DNA of 64,000 nt from an uncultured Planctomycetales bacterium (GCA_964603585.1 CAZRVK010000003.1:131693-195692); one strand, 5' to 3'. Numbered from the stretch's first letter, positions 10,535-22,366 are shown. Translations and numbers: made by a program. Notes: generated by a model not told the origin, from the letters alone.

Positions 10535-11293
10535 ATGATGGCAAAGATAAAAACCGATAATCTCAACCTTTGGTATGGAAGCTTTCAGGCCCTTAAGGGG
10601 GTCGATATTACTGTGTCGGAGAATAGGATAACCTCGATTATTGGACCATCCGGTTGCGGTAAATCCACCTTGTTGCGTGTTTTTAACCGGATGAATGATC
10701 TGGTCGAGGGTATTCGTATTACAGGCGAGGTTTTTATTGATAATATCAATATTATCACTCCGGATACGGATCTGGTAATACTGCGGAAAAAGGTAGGCAT
10801 GGTATTTCAAAGGCCTAATCCATTCCCGCTTTCTATATATGAAAATATCGCTTTTGGCGAAAGGGTCCATGCGGATAGTATCAAGAAAAGCAGGTTGGAT
10901 GAGATTGTAGAGCTTTCTTTAAGGTCAGTGCTCCTTTGGGATGAGTTAAAAGATAAATTGCGCAGTTCGGCGCTGGGTTTGTCTTTAGAGCAGAAACAGA
11001 GGCTTTGTATCGCCAGGCTTATTGCTGTTCGTCCGGATATCCTTTTAATGGATGAGCCGTGTTCTACCCTGGACCCTCAAGCAACCTCCCGGATCGAGGA
11101 GCTGATGCATGAACTCAAAAACGATTATACCATCATTATAGTTACTCATAATATGCAGCAGGCGGCGCGTATTTCAGATGATACGGGTTTTATGCTCTTG
11201 GGTGAATTGATAGAATTCGGCAGGACAGCGGATATTTTTACCGCACCCAAGGATAAACGGACAGAGGATTATATTACGGGCAGGTACGGCTAA
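10535..11293 (+). CDS. pstB: Phosphate ABC transporter ATP-binding protein PstB, copy 2 (canonical NBD motifs, degenerate signature)
   Basis: Walker [11 protein letters not shown]-loop [10 protein letters not shown]-loop [10 protein letters not shown] canonical; signature is LSLEQKQR instead of LSGGQ. Confidence 0.85.
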   Translation: MMAKIKTDNLNLWYGSFQALKGVDITVSENRITSIIGPSGCGKSTLLRVFNRMNDLVEGIRITGEVFIDNINIITPDTDLVILRKKVGMVFQRPNPFPLSIYENIAFGERVHADSIKKSRLDEIVELSLRSVLLWDELKDKLRSSALGLSLEQKQRLCIARLIAVRPDILLMDEPCSTLDPQATSRIEELMHELKNDYTIIIVTHNMQQAARISDDTGFMLLGELIEFGRTADIFTAPKDKRTEDYITGRYG

Positions 11294-11330
11294 GAAGTTT
11301 ATTCCGGCGGCCCGGGACAGGAGAGTAAAA

Positions 11331-12008
11331 ATGGAACGTTATTTTGATGAAGAGCTGAAATCACTGCAGTCAGAGATCCTTAAAATGGCAGTTTTATCAC
11401 AGGAGGCGATATATAATTCCATCGAAGCGCTTAAGCGGCTTGATGGCGCCAAAGCTAAAATGGTAATTGATGAGGATAACTTGATCGATGGGTTGGAGCT
11501 TGCGGTAGATGAGCATTGCATTGATTTGATCGCCCGGTATCAGCCGATGGCCGGGGACTTGCGTTTTATTACCACAGGGATGAAGATAAATGCTGACTTG
11601 GAACGGATCGCGGACCTGGCAGTGGATGTTTGCCAGCGGGTTTTAGAGCTGGTGGATAAACCCCTTCTTAAGCCATTGGTGGATATACCGAAGCTATCGA
11701 TTGTTTCACAGAACATGGTGCGTGATGCAATAGATGCTTTCATTAAGCGTGATGTTGAACTTGCCAGGCGGGTGGTGTTATCTGATGCCGAAGCGGATAA
11801 ATTACGTAACCTGGTGCAGGATGAATTGATTAATGATTATATGGCAAAGGATCCTGCGACTGCCTCTCGCGCAGTGCCGTTATTGTTGATTGCGCGTTAT
11901 CTGGAGCGTATTTGCGACCATGCGACCAATATTGCAGAAGATGTGGTTTATATGGTCCAGGCGAAGGTGATCAAGCACCATTCTGAAAAACTGGATCCGG
12001 GGCTATAA
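11331..12008 (+). CDS. phoU: Phosphate uptake regulator PhoU
   Basis: Two-repeat PhoU helical protein ending the pst operon. Confidence 0.85.
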   Translation: MERYFDEELKSLQSEILKMAVLSQEAIYNSIEALKRLDGAKAKMVIDEDNLIDGLELAVDEHCIDLIARYQPMAGDLRFITTGMKINADLERIADLAVDVCQRVLELVDKPLLKPLVDIPKLSIVSQNMVRDAIDAFIKRDVELARRVVLSDAEADKLRNLVQDELINDYMAKDPATASRAVPLLLIARYLERICDHATNIAEDVVYMVQAKVIKHHSEKLDPGL

Positions 12009-12047
12009 GGCAAACTATGCGTGAATTAGAAGCGATAGGAATCTATT

Positions 12048-12075
12048 GTAGGGGACGGTCGCGACCGTCCCCTAC
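12048..12075. repeat. 28-bp perfect palindrome GTAGGGGACGGTCGCGACCGTCCCCTAC (copy 1 of a dispersed family)
   Basis: Perfect inverted repeat read directly; near-identical copy at 53307-53334 and a degenerate copy at 48222-48250, all intergenic. Confidence 0.7.
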
Positions 12076-12410
12076 AGATATTCTGCGGTAAGATTAAGAT
12101 TGAGTTCTTTCAGTATTTATGATAGCTTGTTTCAAGGGGGGGGGACAGTGGATGTCTATACAGTATACGGCGTGCGGTGATGCAGGGAAGAAAAGGATGT
12201 GGTTGCAACCTTTGCTGCGTGTTTTGACAAAGGCTAACAATCAGGAAAGGGTTCTTTTGGGGTGTAAGACCGGGGCTATAGAATCTTCCGGGCCGCTGAC
12301 TTCAAATCAAACTTGCGAGGCAACTGTGCCTTTTTCTTGTTTTGTGGGGTGTTCGGTATTTGATGTATCATAAAAAGAAGTTGTATGGATACGGTTTTTA
12401 AAATTATGTT

Positions 12411-13271
12411 ATGATTATAAAAAACCGTTTTATAAAGCAGTTCAATCTTTATGTGCATGGTAATGGAGCCTGGGGGTCATTTTTTCTGTTTTTATCCTTG
12501 TTTTTTGCATCTTCTATCCGCGCAGAAACCGTTATTTTAAAGTCAGGGAAACAGATAGAAGGCAAGGTAATCGAGGAGACCGGTGATTATATCAGGGTGG
12601 ATTCCGGAGGCAGGGCGCTTTATTTTGAGCGTAAATACATTAAAAGTATAAACGATATCCCCAATGTTGTGCAGGCTAAGCCGCCTACGGAAGAAGAGAA
12701 GGAACTCTCTGTAATCGAGGTGAGCCCGTATCTTAAACGCGGCCTGGAATATGCTTCCCAGGCAAGGTTTGTTGAGGCCGAGGCCGAGTTGAATAAAGGT
12801 TTAGAGGTAAACAGGTCAGACTACAATATTCGGGGAACATTGGCGATCCTTGCGGATGTTAAGGCCGGTAAGGTCAACCAGGATTATGCGGTTTATCTGT
12901 TTAAAGGCTCGCGCTACCTGCTGGATGGCGAGTATAAGCCGGCGATCTTTAATTTGGAAAAGGCCCTGCAGTTAAAGCCCGGGGACCTGGATATTTTCTA
13001 TAACCTGGGTGTTGCATATTATTATACCAAAGAGTATCAAAAGGCGATCGAATGTTTTCAGAAGAATTTAGAAGTCCATCCCGATGATGCCGAGGCATAC
13101 TGGTTTATCGGCAATGTTTATTATTCTGCCGGGCATTTTATACAAGCCAAAGATAATCTGGTTAAATCAAAAGAGCTTTTTACTGCTCTCGGCGATACAC
13201 AAAGCGTCAATGAGATTGTTAAGATGCTGGATGAACTAAATTCCGCATCAGGCCTTTCCAAGCAGCCGTAG
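12411..13271 (+). CDS. TPR-repeat protein with N-terminal signal/TM segment
   Basis: Hydrophobic N-terminus then TPR-like repeats (AYWFIGNVYYSAGHFIQAKDNL...); start codon uncertain. Confidence 0.55.
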   Translation: MIIKNRFIKQFNLYVHGNGAWGSFFLFLSLFFASSIRAETVILKSGKQIEGKVIEETGDYIRVDSGGRALYFERKYIKSINDIPNVVQAKPPTEEEKELSVIEVSPYLKRGLEYASQARFVEAEAELNKGLEVNRSDYNIRGTLAILADVKAGKVNQDYAVYLFKGSRYLLDGEYKPAIFNLEKALQLKPGDLDIFYNLGVAYYYTKEYQKAIECFQKNLEVHPDDAEAYWFIGNVYYSAGHFIQAKDNLVKSKELFTALGDTQSVNEIVKMLDELNSASGLSKQP

Positions 13272-13359
13272 TTATTATTCTTGACCCTGCCGAGGGGATA
13301 TTATATACTATTCCATCATACAGTTTTGTTTTTAACCTTTTATTCAGGGGGTTATAAAA

Positions 13360-13845
13360 ATGGATGAAATTCTCGAAATATTAGAAAAAGATGGCCGGGT
13401 ATCGGCTGAAGATATTGCCAAAATGCTCAAAAAGAAGCCGGATGTTGTGCGTAAATCGATAAGAAAGTATGAAGATAACGGCGTGATCGTAAGGTATAAA
13501 GCGGTGATCAATAAGGAATTAGCTAAAGAAGCCGGTTCCGAGGTGCGGGCTTTGATCGAAGTCAATATAATCCCACAAAAAGACCTGGGTTTTGATAAGA
13601 TCGCTGAACGGATTTATTCATTCCCGGAAGTCTCCAGCTGTTATTTGATCTCCGGGACTTATGACCTGCTCTTGATCATAGAAGGAAAAGACCTGCATAC
13701 GGTAGCCAGGTTTGTTTCGGAGAAATTGGCCCCTTTAGAGAATGTGCGGGGGACTGCCACGCATTTCTTGCTTAAGAAATATAAGGAAGACGGGGTTATA
13801 TTGAAACACCGGGAAGAGAATAAACGAATAGCTATTTCTTATTAA
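13360..13845 (+). CDS. Lrp/AsnC family transcriptional regulator
   Basis: N-terminal HTH (ILEILEKDGRVSAEDIAKML) followed by an RAM-type ligand domain; ~160 aa. Confidence 0.8.
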   Translation: MDEILEILEKDGRVSAEDIAKMLKKKPDVVRKSIRKYEDNGVIVRYKAVINKELAKEAGSEVRALIEVNIIPQKDLGFDKIAERIYSFPEVSSCYLISGTYDLLLIIEGKDLHTVARFVSEKLAPLENVRGTATHFLLKKYKEDGVILKHREENKRIAISY

Positions 13846-13976
13846 TTCCAGGTTTTTAGAGGTATTTAAAGTCATTATGATAGAACAAAGTGCAGGAATG
13901 CTGCAGGGTATGGCAGTGGCCATCCCCTTACGGTAAACAGCTTTTGGCTAAATCCTCGCAATAAACAAAAGAAAAG

Positions 13977-15131
13977 ATGAAGAATATTATCGCCAAAAAA
14001 GTCATTGATATGCAGCCTTCGGGGATCAGGGCATTCTTTGATCTGGTTCTGGGGATGAAGGAGGTGATCTCCCTTGGTGTGGGAGAACCAGATTTTGTCA
14101 CTCCCTGGAATATCCGGGAGGCCGGGATCTATTCTTTAGAACAAGGATTTACTTCATATACTTCAAACAAAGGGCTTTATAAGTTACGCCTTGCTGTTTG
14201 CCGGTATTTAAAGAGCCGGTATAACCTCCAGTATTGCCCGGAGGAAGAGATCTTGATCACTATCGGGGTAAGTGAGGGGGTGGATTTGATCTTGCGTTCG
14301 ATCATCGAGCCGGGTGATAAGATCCTTATCCCTGCTCCAAGTTATGTTTCTTACGGGCCGATCACAGAGTTATCTTCAGGCACGGCGGTTCATATCGATA
14401 CGAAAGAAACCGGTTTTAAGCTTACGCCTGGCCTTTTGGAAAAACATATCGATAAAAAGACAAAAGCGGTCATTTTGAATTATCCGAATAATCCCACGGG
14501 GGTTTCATATAATAAGAAAGAATTAGCTCAAATTAACAGGATCCTTTTGAAGAATTCCGTGCTGGCGATCACAGATGAGGTCTATGGCGACTTGACCTAT
14601 GATTTTGAGCATACTGCTTTTGCATCTTTGCCGGGGGCAAAAGAGAATACGGTTTATCTGGACGGTTTCTCTAAAAGCTACGCTATGACAGGCTGGCGGG
14701 TGGGATTTGCCTGCGGGCCTAAGGAAATAATCGGGGCAATGACTAAGATCCACCAATATACGATTATGTGCGTAAGTATCACCTCTCAAATGGCGGCTTT
14801 TGAAGCTATTCAGTCCGCAAGGAGCTCTGTCGAGGAGATGAAACGCGAATATAAAAGACGGCGCGAGCTGGTCATTGGCGGGTTGAATGAATTAGGGCTT
14901 ACCTGCAATACTCCGGAAGGCGCTTTTTATGCCTTTGCTTGTATCCGGAACTCCGGGATGAAATCACTTGAATTTGCCCAAAAGCTTTTGAAACAGGAGA
15001 AGGTGGCGGTGGTCCCGGGCACAGCCTTTGGCAAGAATTACGATGATTATATACGTATTTCTTACGCCTCCAGTTATCAGAACCTTAAAGAGGCTTTATC
15101 GAGGATAAGATCATTTTTAAGAAAAGATTAA
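13977..15131 (+). CDS. Class I/II PLP-dependent aminotransferase (aspartate/aromatic type)
   Basis: Conserved SKSYAMTGWRVGF PLP-lysine region, ~384 aa. Confidence 0.8.
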   Translation: MKNIIAKKVIDMQPSGIRAFFDLVLGMKEVISLGVGEPDFVTPWNIREAGIYSLEQGFTSYTSNKGLYKLRLAVCRYLKSRYNLQYCPEEEILITIGVSEGVDLILRSIIEPGDKILIPAPSYVSYGPITELSSGTAVHIDTKETGFKLTPGLLEKHIDKKTKAVILNYPNNPTGVSYNKKELAQINRILLKNSVLAITDEVYGDLTYDFEHTAFASLPGAKENTVYLDGFSKSYAMTGWRVGFACGPKEIIGAMTKIHQYTIMCVSITSQMAAFEAIQSARSSVEEMKREYKRRRELVIGGLNELGLTCNTPEGAFYAFACIRNSGMKSLEFAQKLLKQEKVAVVPGTAFGKNYDDYIRISYASSYQNLKEALSRIRSFLRKD

Positions 15132-15132
15132 G

Positions 15133-15855
15133 ATGCCCAGGAAAAAAGATGGTTACCAGGTATATCTTAAGCAGATCGAATTGCTTTCCAAGGTCGCCAA
15201 TTTAATTACATCCGGCTTGTATCTGGAAGAGCTCTTAAAGATCATTGTCAATGTAACTGCCGAGATCATGCATTCTAAGATCTGCTCGCTTATGCTGCTT
15301 GATCCGCAAAAAAAAGAGCTGGTGATCAAGGCTACGCAGTCTGTTTCCGAAAGCTACAATAAAAAGCCCAATCTTAAATTAGGTGACGGGATCGCCGGGA
15401 TCGTTGCCCGGGATAATAAGCCGATCTGCATTTTGGATGTAAAAAATGATCCCCGTTATTTGAATCAGGATATCGCCAAAAGCGAAGGGCTTTGTTCTTT
15501 AGCCAGTGTACCGCTTTCTGTAAAAGGCAGGTTGATCGGTGTGCTTAATGTGTATACGCATAAGATCCATAAGTTCACTAAATCGGAATTGGATGTCTTA
15601 AGCGGTGTGGCCAATCAAGCGGCGGTAGCCATTGAAAATGCGGAATTGGACTTAAAGGTGCGCAACTCCGAAGAGGCGCTTACTTCCCGGAAGCTGATCG
15701 AGAGGGCAAAAGATATCCTTTCGCAGGAGTCGAATATATCTTCCGGCGAAGCCTTCCGCCTGATACAAAGGCAGAGTATGGATTCCCGTAAATCCATGCG
15801 GGAAGTCGCTGAAGCGGTGATCATGTCCCAAGAGCTTAGGAGTAGAAAGTCTTGA
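15133..15855 (+). CDS. GAF-ANTAR RNA-binding antitermination regulator
   Basis: N-terminal GAF-like domain; C-terminal ANTAR motif (KLIERAKDIL...EAFRLIQRQSMDSRKSMREVAEAVI). Confidence 0.7.
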   Translation: MPRKKDGYQVYLKQIELLSKVANLITSGLYLEELLKIIVNVTAEIMHSKICSLMLLDPQKKELVIKATQSVSESYNKKPNLKLGDGIAGIVARDNKPICILDVKNDPRYLNQDIAKSEGLCSLASVPLSVKGRLIGVLNVYTHKIHKFTKSELDVLSGVANQAAVAIENAELDLKVRNSEEALTSRKLIERAKDILSQESNISSGEAFRLIQRQSMDSRKSMREVAEAVIMSQELRSRKS

Positions 15856-15879
15856 CAGGCTATAGATTCGTGGTATAAT
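15852..15879 (+). promoter_or_regulatory. Sigma70-like promoter TTGACA-16-TATAAT; the -35 overlaps the stop codon of the GAF-ANTAR gene
   Basis: Exact TTGACA at 15852-15857 and TATAAT at 15874-15879 read from sequence. Confidence 0.5.
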
Positions 15880-15920
15880 AAAATTATTCACGAGGTTTAA
15901 ATCAATTTGTGAAAACAATG

Positions 15921-15952
15921 ACGTTCGCCTTAATAGAGGCGGACGTTTTTTT
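15921..15952 (+). terminator. Intrinsic terminator hairpin (ACGTTCGCC / GGCGGACGT) plus T7 tract, between the promoter and the atp operon
   Basis: 9-bp stem with one G-U pair, 8-nt loop, followed by TTTTTTT. Confidence 0.6.
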
Positions 15953-15986
15953 GTAAAAGACCAGAGAGTATCTGTTAATCCTCTTT

Positions 15987-16223
15987 ATGTCACAAAAAAA
16001 AGAGATATACCGGTTAATCCGCACCGCAGGTATTTTATCTTATATCCCTCTGATCTTAGTCACCGGGCCTTTTGCAGGCTATACGATCGGCCAGTATTTA
16101 CAGGAGAAGACTGGTTTACCCAGTTACCTGCCGATAATTCTGGCGGGGGTGGGGTTTATTACTTCAGTGGCAGAGATGGTAAGGATATTAAAACAGGTAT
16201 TTGGTGTTAACAGGAACGGTTAA
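15987..16223 (+). CDS. AtpZ/AtpI-like small membrane protein preceding ATP synthase genes
   Basis: 78 aa, two predicted TM helices, first gene of the atp cluster. Confidence 0.45.
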   Translation: MSQKKEIYRLIRTAGILSYIPLILVTGPFAGYTIGQYLQEKTGLPSYLPIILAGVGFITSVAEMVRILKQVFGVNRNG

Positions 16224-16226
16224 TTT

Positions 16227-16979
16227 ATGTCAGAGGAAATGGCATCTCCGGAACTTGCGGATATTCTTTATCTGTTAGCTCATAAATTCCCGGATAATCA
16301 TTTATTCCAGTTCGTTTATTTGTGGAAGCATGTAAGTTATGCCTTGATCATCGTTCTGGTCTTAGGTTTACTGGCGTATTTTGCCAGCCGTAAACATTCT
16401 TTGCTCCCTTCGGGCCTGCAAAATGCCGCCGAGGCCCTGGTGGAGGGATTGGATGATTTTGTCTGCGGGATTGTTGGCCCGAAGGGAAGGCGCTATACTC
16501 CGTTTATCGGCACGTTATTCATTTATATCCTGTTTATGAACCTTTCCGGGATCATTCCTTTTATTAAATCATCTACGGTCAGCCTGTCCACAACTATGGC
16601 GTTATCGATTTGCGTATTTTTCTACGTGCAGTATACCGCGATCCGTGAAATGGGGATTTTAGGGTATATGGATCATTTAGCCGGCAGGCCAAGAGGGGCG
16701 TTGGCGTTTACTATTGTGCTTCCTCTATTTATGTTCTTTTTGCATATTATCACAGAATTTGTCAAACCCATCAGTCTTTCTTTGCGTTTACGCGGGAATA
16801 TGTGGGGCGATGAGGTATTGATCGCTGTGTTAGCCGGCCTGGGGATCAAAGGGTTGCCATTATTAGTATTTAATATGCTCATGGCGATATTGACCGCATT
16901 GGTCCAGGCGGTGGTGTTTTGCCTTTTATCGACGATATATCTTGCGCTTGTTTTAACAGGCGAAGAGGAACATGCTTAA
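16227..16979 (+). CDS. atpB: F0F1 ATP synthase subunit a
   Basis: Conserved LSLRLRGNMWGDE (essential Arg region) and multi-TM. Confidence 0.85.
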   Translation: MSEEMASPELADILYLLAHKFPDNHLFQFVYLWKHVSYALIIVLVLGLLAYFASRKHSLLPSGLQNAAEALVEGLDDFVCGIVGPKGRRYTPFIGTLFIYILFMNLSGIIPFIKSSTVSLSTTMALSICVFFYVQYTAIREMGILGYMDHLAGRPRGALAFTIVLPLFMFFLHIITEFVKPISLSLRLRGNMWGDEVLIAVLAGLGIKGLPLLVFNMLMAILTALVQAVVFCLLSTIYLALVLTGEEEHA

Positions 16980-16996
16980 AAAAAGGAGGAAGGAAA

Positions 16997-17230
16997 ATGG
17001 ATTTTAAGGCACTGTTGGCATTGGGGATACCGTTAGGATTGGGGTTGGCGGCAATAGGTTCTGCTTCAGGGCTTGGCAGGGCAGTGAGCTCGGCAATGGA
17101 TGCGATTGCCCGTCAGCCGGAGGCAGGGAACAAGATCATGATGAGCATGATTATTGGCTGCGCTTTTATCGAGGCGATCACGATCTATGTCCTTTTATTC
17201 GCTTTTATGTACGGCGGGAAATTGCAATAA
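16997..17230 (+). CDS. atpE: F0F1 ATP synthase subunit c
   Basis: Hairpin proteolipid with GLAAIGSASGLG and carboxylate in AFIEAITIY; RBS AAGGAGG upstream of the ATG at 16997. Confidence 0.85.
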   Translation: MDFKALLALGIPLGLGLAAIGSASGLGRAVSSAMDAIARQPEAGNKIMMSMIIGCAFIEAITIYVLLFAFMYGGKLQ

Positions 17231-17259
17231 ACAAAAGGATACCAATTAAAAGGTGAAAT

Positions 17260-17757
17260 ATGGAACTGCTTAAGATGTTCAGCGCCAGTGAAATCGTTGC
17301 GCAGATCATAAGTTTTCTCATCTTGCTTTTTCTTTTGCGAAAATTTGCCTGGGGCAAGATCCAGTCTGTGCTGGATGCACGCAAAGAACGCATTGCCTCG
17401 GAATTACAAAGGATCGAAGAGGTAAAACGTGATGTGGCCCTGCTTAAATCCGATTACGAGTCTAAATTGAACAAAATTGAGGATCAGGCCAGGCTCAAGA
17501 TCCAGGAGGCATTTTCCGAGGGTAAACGTATTACCGAAGAGATCCGTAAGGATGCCTATAGGAATGCACAGGATATTATCGAACAGTCACGGGCCAATGT
17601 CAAATATGAACTGGTCAAGGCTAAACAGGAGTTAAAGGAGAAGATCATTGACCTGGTCATTACTGCTACGGAAAGCGTGATCCAGGATAAACTTGATGAG
17701 GAAGATGATAAGAAGCTGGTCAGGGAGTTCCTTACGAGGATAGATTCTGCAGAATGA
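17260..17757 (+). CDS. atpF: F0F1 ATP synthase subunit b
   Basis: N-terminal TM then long charged coiled coil; operon position. Confidence 0.8.
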   Translation: MELLKMFSASEIVAQIISFLILLFLLRKFAWGKIQSVLDARKERIASELQRIEEVKRDVALLKSDYESKLNKIEDQARLKIQEAFSEGKRITEEIRKDAYRNAQDIIEQSRANVKYELVKAKQELKEKIIDLVITATESVIQDKLDEEDDKKLVREFLTRIDSAE

Positions 17758-18299
17758 AGAATGTTATTATTGCCGCACGTTATGCCGAGGCGTTTTTAGG
17801 CTATGCCAAGGGCACTATCGGCCTTGAGAGGGCGATCGAGGATTTTAAAGGTATCAGGGATGTGGCAAGAGAAAACCCCGGTTTCCTGGAGATCTTAGCA
17901 ACCCCGGAAGTGCTCTATAAAGATAAGATCGATTTTATCGATATGGTACTGCAGGAAGGTTTTTCTCTTCAGTTTAAACAGTTTTTGGCTTTGCTTTTAG
18001 AGAAAGAGCGCATCGACCAATTGTTGAATATTGCCGAATATGTTCGTGTGACTTATTCCCATGGCGATGAGATCGAGGCGGTATTAAAGACCACTTTCCC
18101 TTTGGACCTGGAGCTGATCAAGGCTTTAGAGGAAAAGTTAGAGAAAAAAATGCATAAGAAGATCAAGTTTTACATACAGTTGGACGGCAGTTTATTAGGC
18201 GGTGTGCAGGTAATTATCGGCAACACTGTTTTGGACGGGTCAGTGAAAAGACGTTTAGAGGAACTGCGGGAAAAACTGATGCAGATAAGGATAAATTAA
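17754..18299 (+). CDS. atpH: F0F1 ATP synthase subunit delta
   Basis: OSCP/delta-like; overlaps atpF stop; operon position. Confidence 0.75.
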   Translation: MKNVIIAARYAEAFLGYAKGTIGLERAIEDFKGIRDVARENPGFLEILATPEVLYKDKIDFIDMVLQEGFSLQFKQFLALLLEKERIDQLLNIAEYVRVTYSHGDEIEAVLKTTFPLDLELIKALEEKLEKKMHKKIKFYIQLDGSLLGGVQVIIGNTVLDGSVKRRLEELREKLMQIRIN

Positions 18300-18301
18300 A
18301 A

Positions 18302-19834
18302 ATGAGCCCACTTAAGCCTGAAGAAATAACTTCGATAATCCAGAAAGAACTTGAGAAATATAAGACGCGCATGCGTGTGGATTCTATAGGCACTGTCATT
18401 CAGGTTGGCGATGCGATCGCGCGTGTTTATGGCTTGGATGATGTGATGGTTGGAGAATTGGTGCAGTTTTCCGGTAATGTCATGGGGATGGCCTTAAACC
18501 TTGAGGAGGATAGCGTTGGAGTAGTTATCTTTGGGACCGATAATCCTGATCAGAGCATCAAAGAGGGGGATACGGTAAAGCGTACCGGAAAGATCGCCCA
18601 GGTCCCGGTAGGACCAGCGCTTATGGGCAGGGTGGTTAATGTATTGGGCAGGCCTATAGACGGCAAAGGACCGGTTGTGACCGATAAGTACCGGCCTCTT
18701 GAGACTAAAGCCCCCAATGTGATCGAACGTCAGCCGGTGTGCGAATCCTTAGAAACCGGGATTAAGGCAGTAGATTCTATGGTCCCTATCGGCCGGGGGC
18801 AGAGAGAGCTGATCATTGGTGACAGGCAAACCGGCAAGACTGCCCTGGTGGTTGATACGATCATTAATCAAAAGGGAAAGAATGTTTATTGCATATACGT
18901 TGGCATAGGGCAGAAAATATCCAGTATCGTGGCAGTTTCCGAAACTTTACAAAAATACGGCGCTATGGAATATACGACTATTGTCAGCGCTTCATCGCGA
19001 GCTTCGGCATCCTTGCAGTACTTAGCGCCATATGCCGGTTGTGCAATAGCCGAAGAGGCGATGTTTTCCGGGAAAGATGTCTTGATAGTTTATGATGACC
19101 TTTCTAAACATGCCCAGGCATATCGGCAGTTATCCCTGCTTTTGAGGCGGCCTCCGGGACGAGAGGCTTATCCGGGTGATATATTTTACCTGCATTCCCG
19201 GCTTCTGGAACGTTCAGCAAAGCTGAACAAGGATTTGGGAGGAGGCTCGATGACGGCCTTGCCGATCATTGAAACCCAGGCAGGGGATATTACGAGTTAT
19301 ATCCCTACTAATGTGATCTCTATTACCGACGGGCAGATTTATTTAGAGAATGACCTTTTTTATTCCGGGGTGCGCCCGGCGATCAATGTGGGTTTATCTG
19401 TTTCACGTGTCGGCGGTAAGGCCCAGTTCAAGGCAATGCGCCAGGTGGCGGCTAAATTGCGGATAGATTTAGCACAGTATCGTGAGCTGGTTACCTTTAC
19501 CCAGTTTGGGACGGATCTGGATAAAACCACCCAGGCGCAGCTTACCCGCGGCGAGAGGATGGTAGAGGTCTTAAAACAGCTGCAATTTGCTCCTTTTTCA
19601 ATGGCGCGCCAGGTGATGATCATTTATTGCGGGACACATGGATTCCTGGATGACCTCGAGGTTTCTTCTATCAGGAAATTCGAGAAAGATTTCTTTAAGT
19701 ATATGGAAACGGAGCATTCGGATATTGAGAGCGAAATCGATAGGGAAAAAGAACTTAGCCCAGAATTAATGATCATGCTTGATGAAGCCATAAAGGCATT
19801 CAAACTTGATTTTAAACCGGATATCAAGGGATAG
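18302..19834 (+). CDS. atpA: F0F1 ATP synthase subunit alpha
   Basis: [10 protein letters not shown]-loop, ~510 aa, strong family resemblance. Confidence 0.95.
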   Translation: MSPLKPEEITSIIQKELEKYKTRMRVDSIGTVIQVGDAIARVYGLDDVMVGELVQFSGNVMGMALNLEEDSVGVVIFGTDNPDQSIKEGDTVKRTGKIAQVPVGPALMGRVVNVLGRPIDGKGPVVTDKYRPLETKAPNVIERQPVCESLETGIKAVDSMVPIGRGQRELIIGDRQTGKTALVVDTIINQKGKNVYCIYVGIGQKISSIVAVSETLQKYGAMEYTTIVSASSRASASLQYLAPYAGCAIAEEAMFSGKDVLIVYDDLSKHAQAYRQLSLLLRRPPGREAYPGDIFYLHSRLLERSAKLNKDLGGGSMTALPIIETQAGDITSYIPTNVISITDGQIYLENDLFYSGVRPAINVGLSVSRVGGKAQFKAMRQVAAKLRIDLAQYRELVTFTQFGTDLDKTTQAQLTRGERMVEVLKQLQFAPFSMARQVMIIYCGTHGFLDDLEVSSIRKFEKDFFKYMETEHSDIESEIDREKELSPELMIMLDEAIKAFKLDFKPDIKG

Positions 19835-19839
19835 AGCAA

Positions 19840-22111
<2,272 letters not shown>

Positions 22112-22114
22112 TTT

Positions 22115-22366
22115 ATGTCCGATGAATTTAAAGTTTTGGTTGTTAACCCGGAAAAAGTGATCTATGAGGGGAATGCCGTTTCTTTAGTTGTTCCGGGAGA
22201 ATTTGGATGGTTGGGGATCTTAGCGCATCATGCTCCGTTAGTTGCCTCTACTCTTGCCGGTAATTTACGCCTTAAAGATTCTTCTGGGCAGTGGCGTGTT
22301 ATTAATTTAGAAGGGAAAGGTTTTATAGAGGTTTTGAATAATAACGTTACCCTGCTTTTGTCGTAA
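22115..22366 (+). CDS. atpC: F0F1 ATP synthase subunit epsilon, N-terminal beta-sandwich domain only (83 aa)
   Basis: Matches the epsilon N-domain (GILAHHAPLV...GFIEVLNNNVTLL) but stops where the C-terminal helical hairpin normally begins; no continuation in other frames. Confidence 0.75.
   Translation: MSDEFKVLVVNPEKVIYEGNAVSLVVPGEFGWLGILAHHAPLVASTLAGNLRLKDSSGQWRVINLEGKGFIEVLNNNVTLLLS

Noticed and set aside
10169-10870. 233-aa minus-strand ORF spanning both pstB genes
   Set aside because: Antisense to two strongly conserved ABC ATPase genes; low-complexity translation with no family resemblance. It is a shadow ORF.
12119-12373. 84-aa ORF in the phoU-TPR intergenic gap
   Set aside because: No RBS; contains the G9 tract (a GGG GGG GGG artefact); low-complexity product. 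The region is treated as non-coding.
16919-17230. ORF-track start for atpE 78 nt upstream, inside atpB
   Set aside because: The conserved c-subunit sequence and an AAGGAGG RBS support the ATG at 16997; the upstream extension overlaps atpB in another frame.
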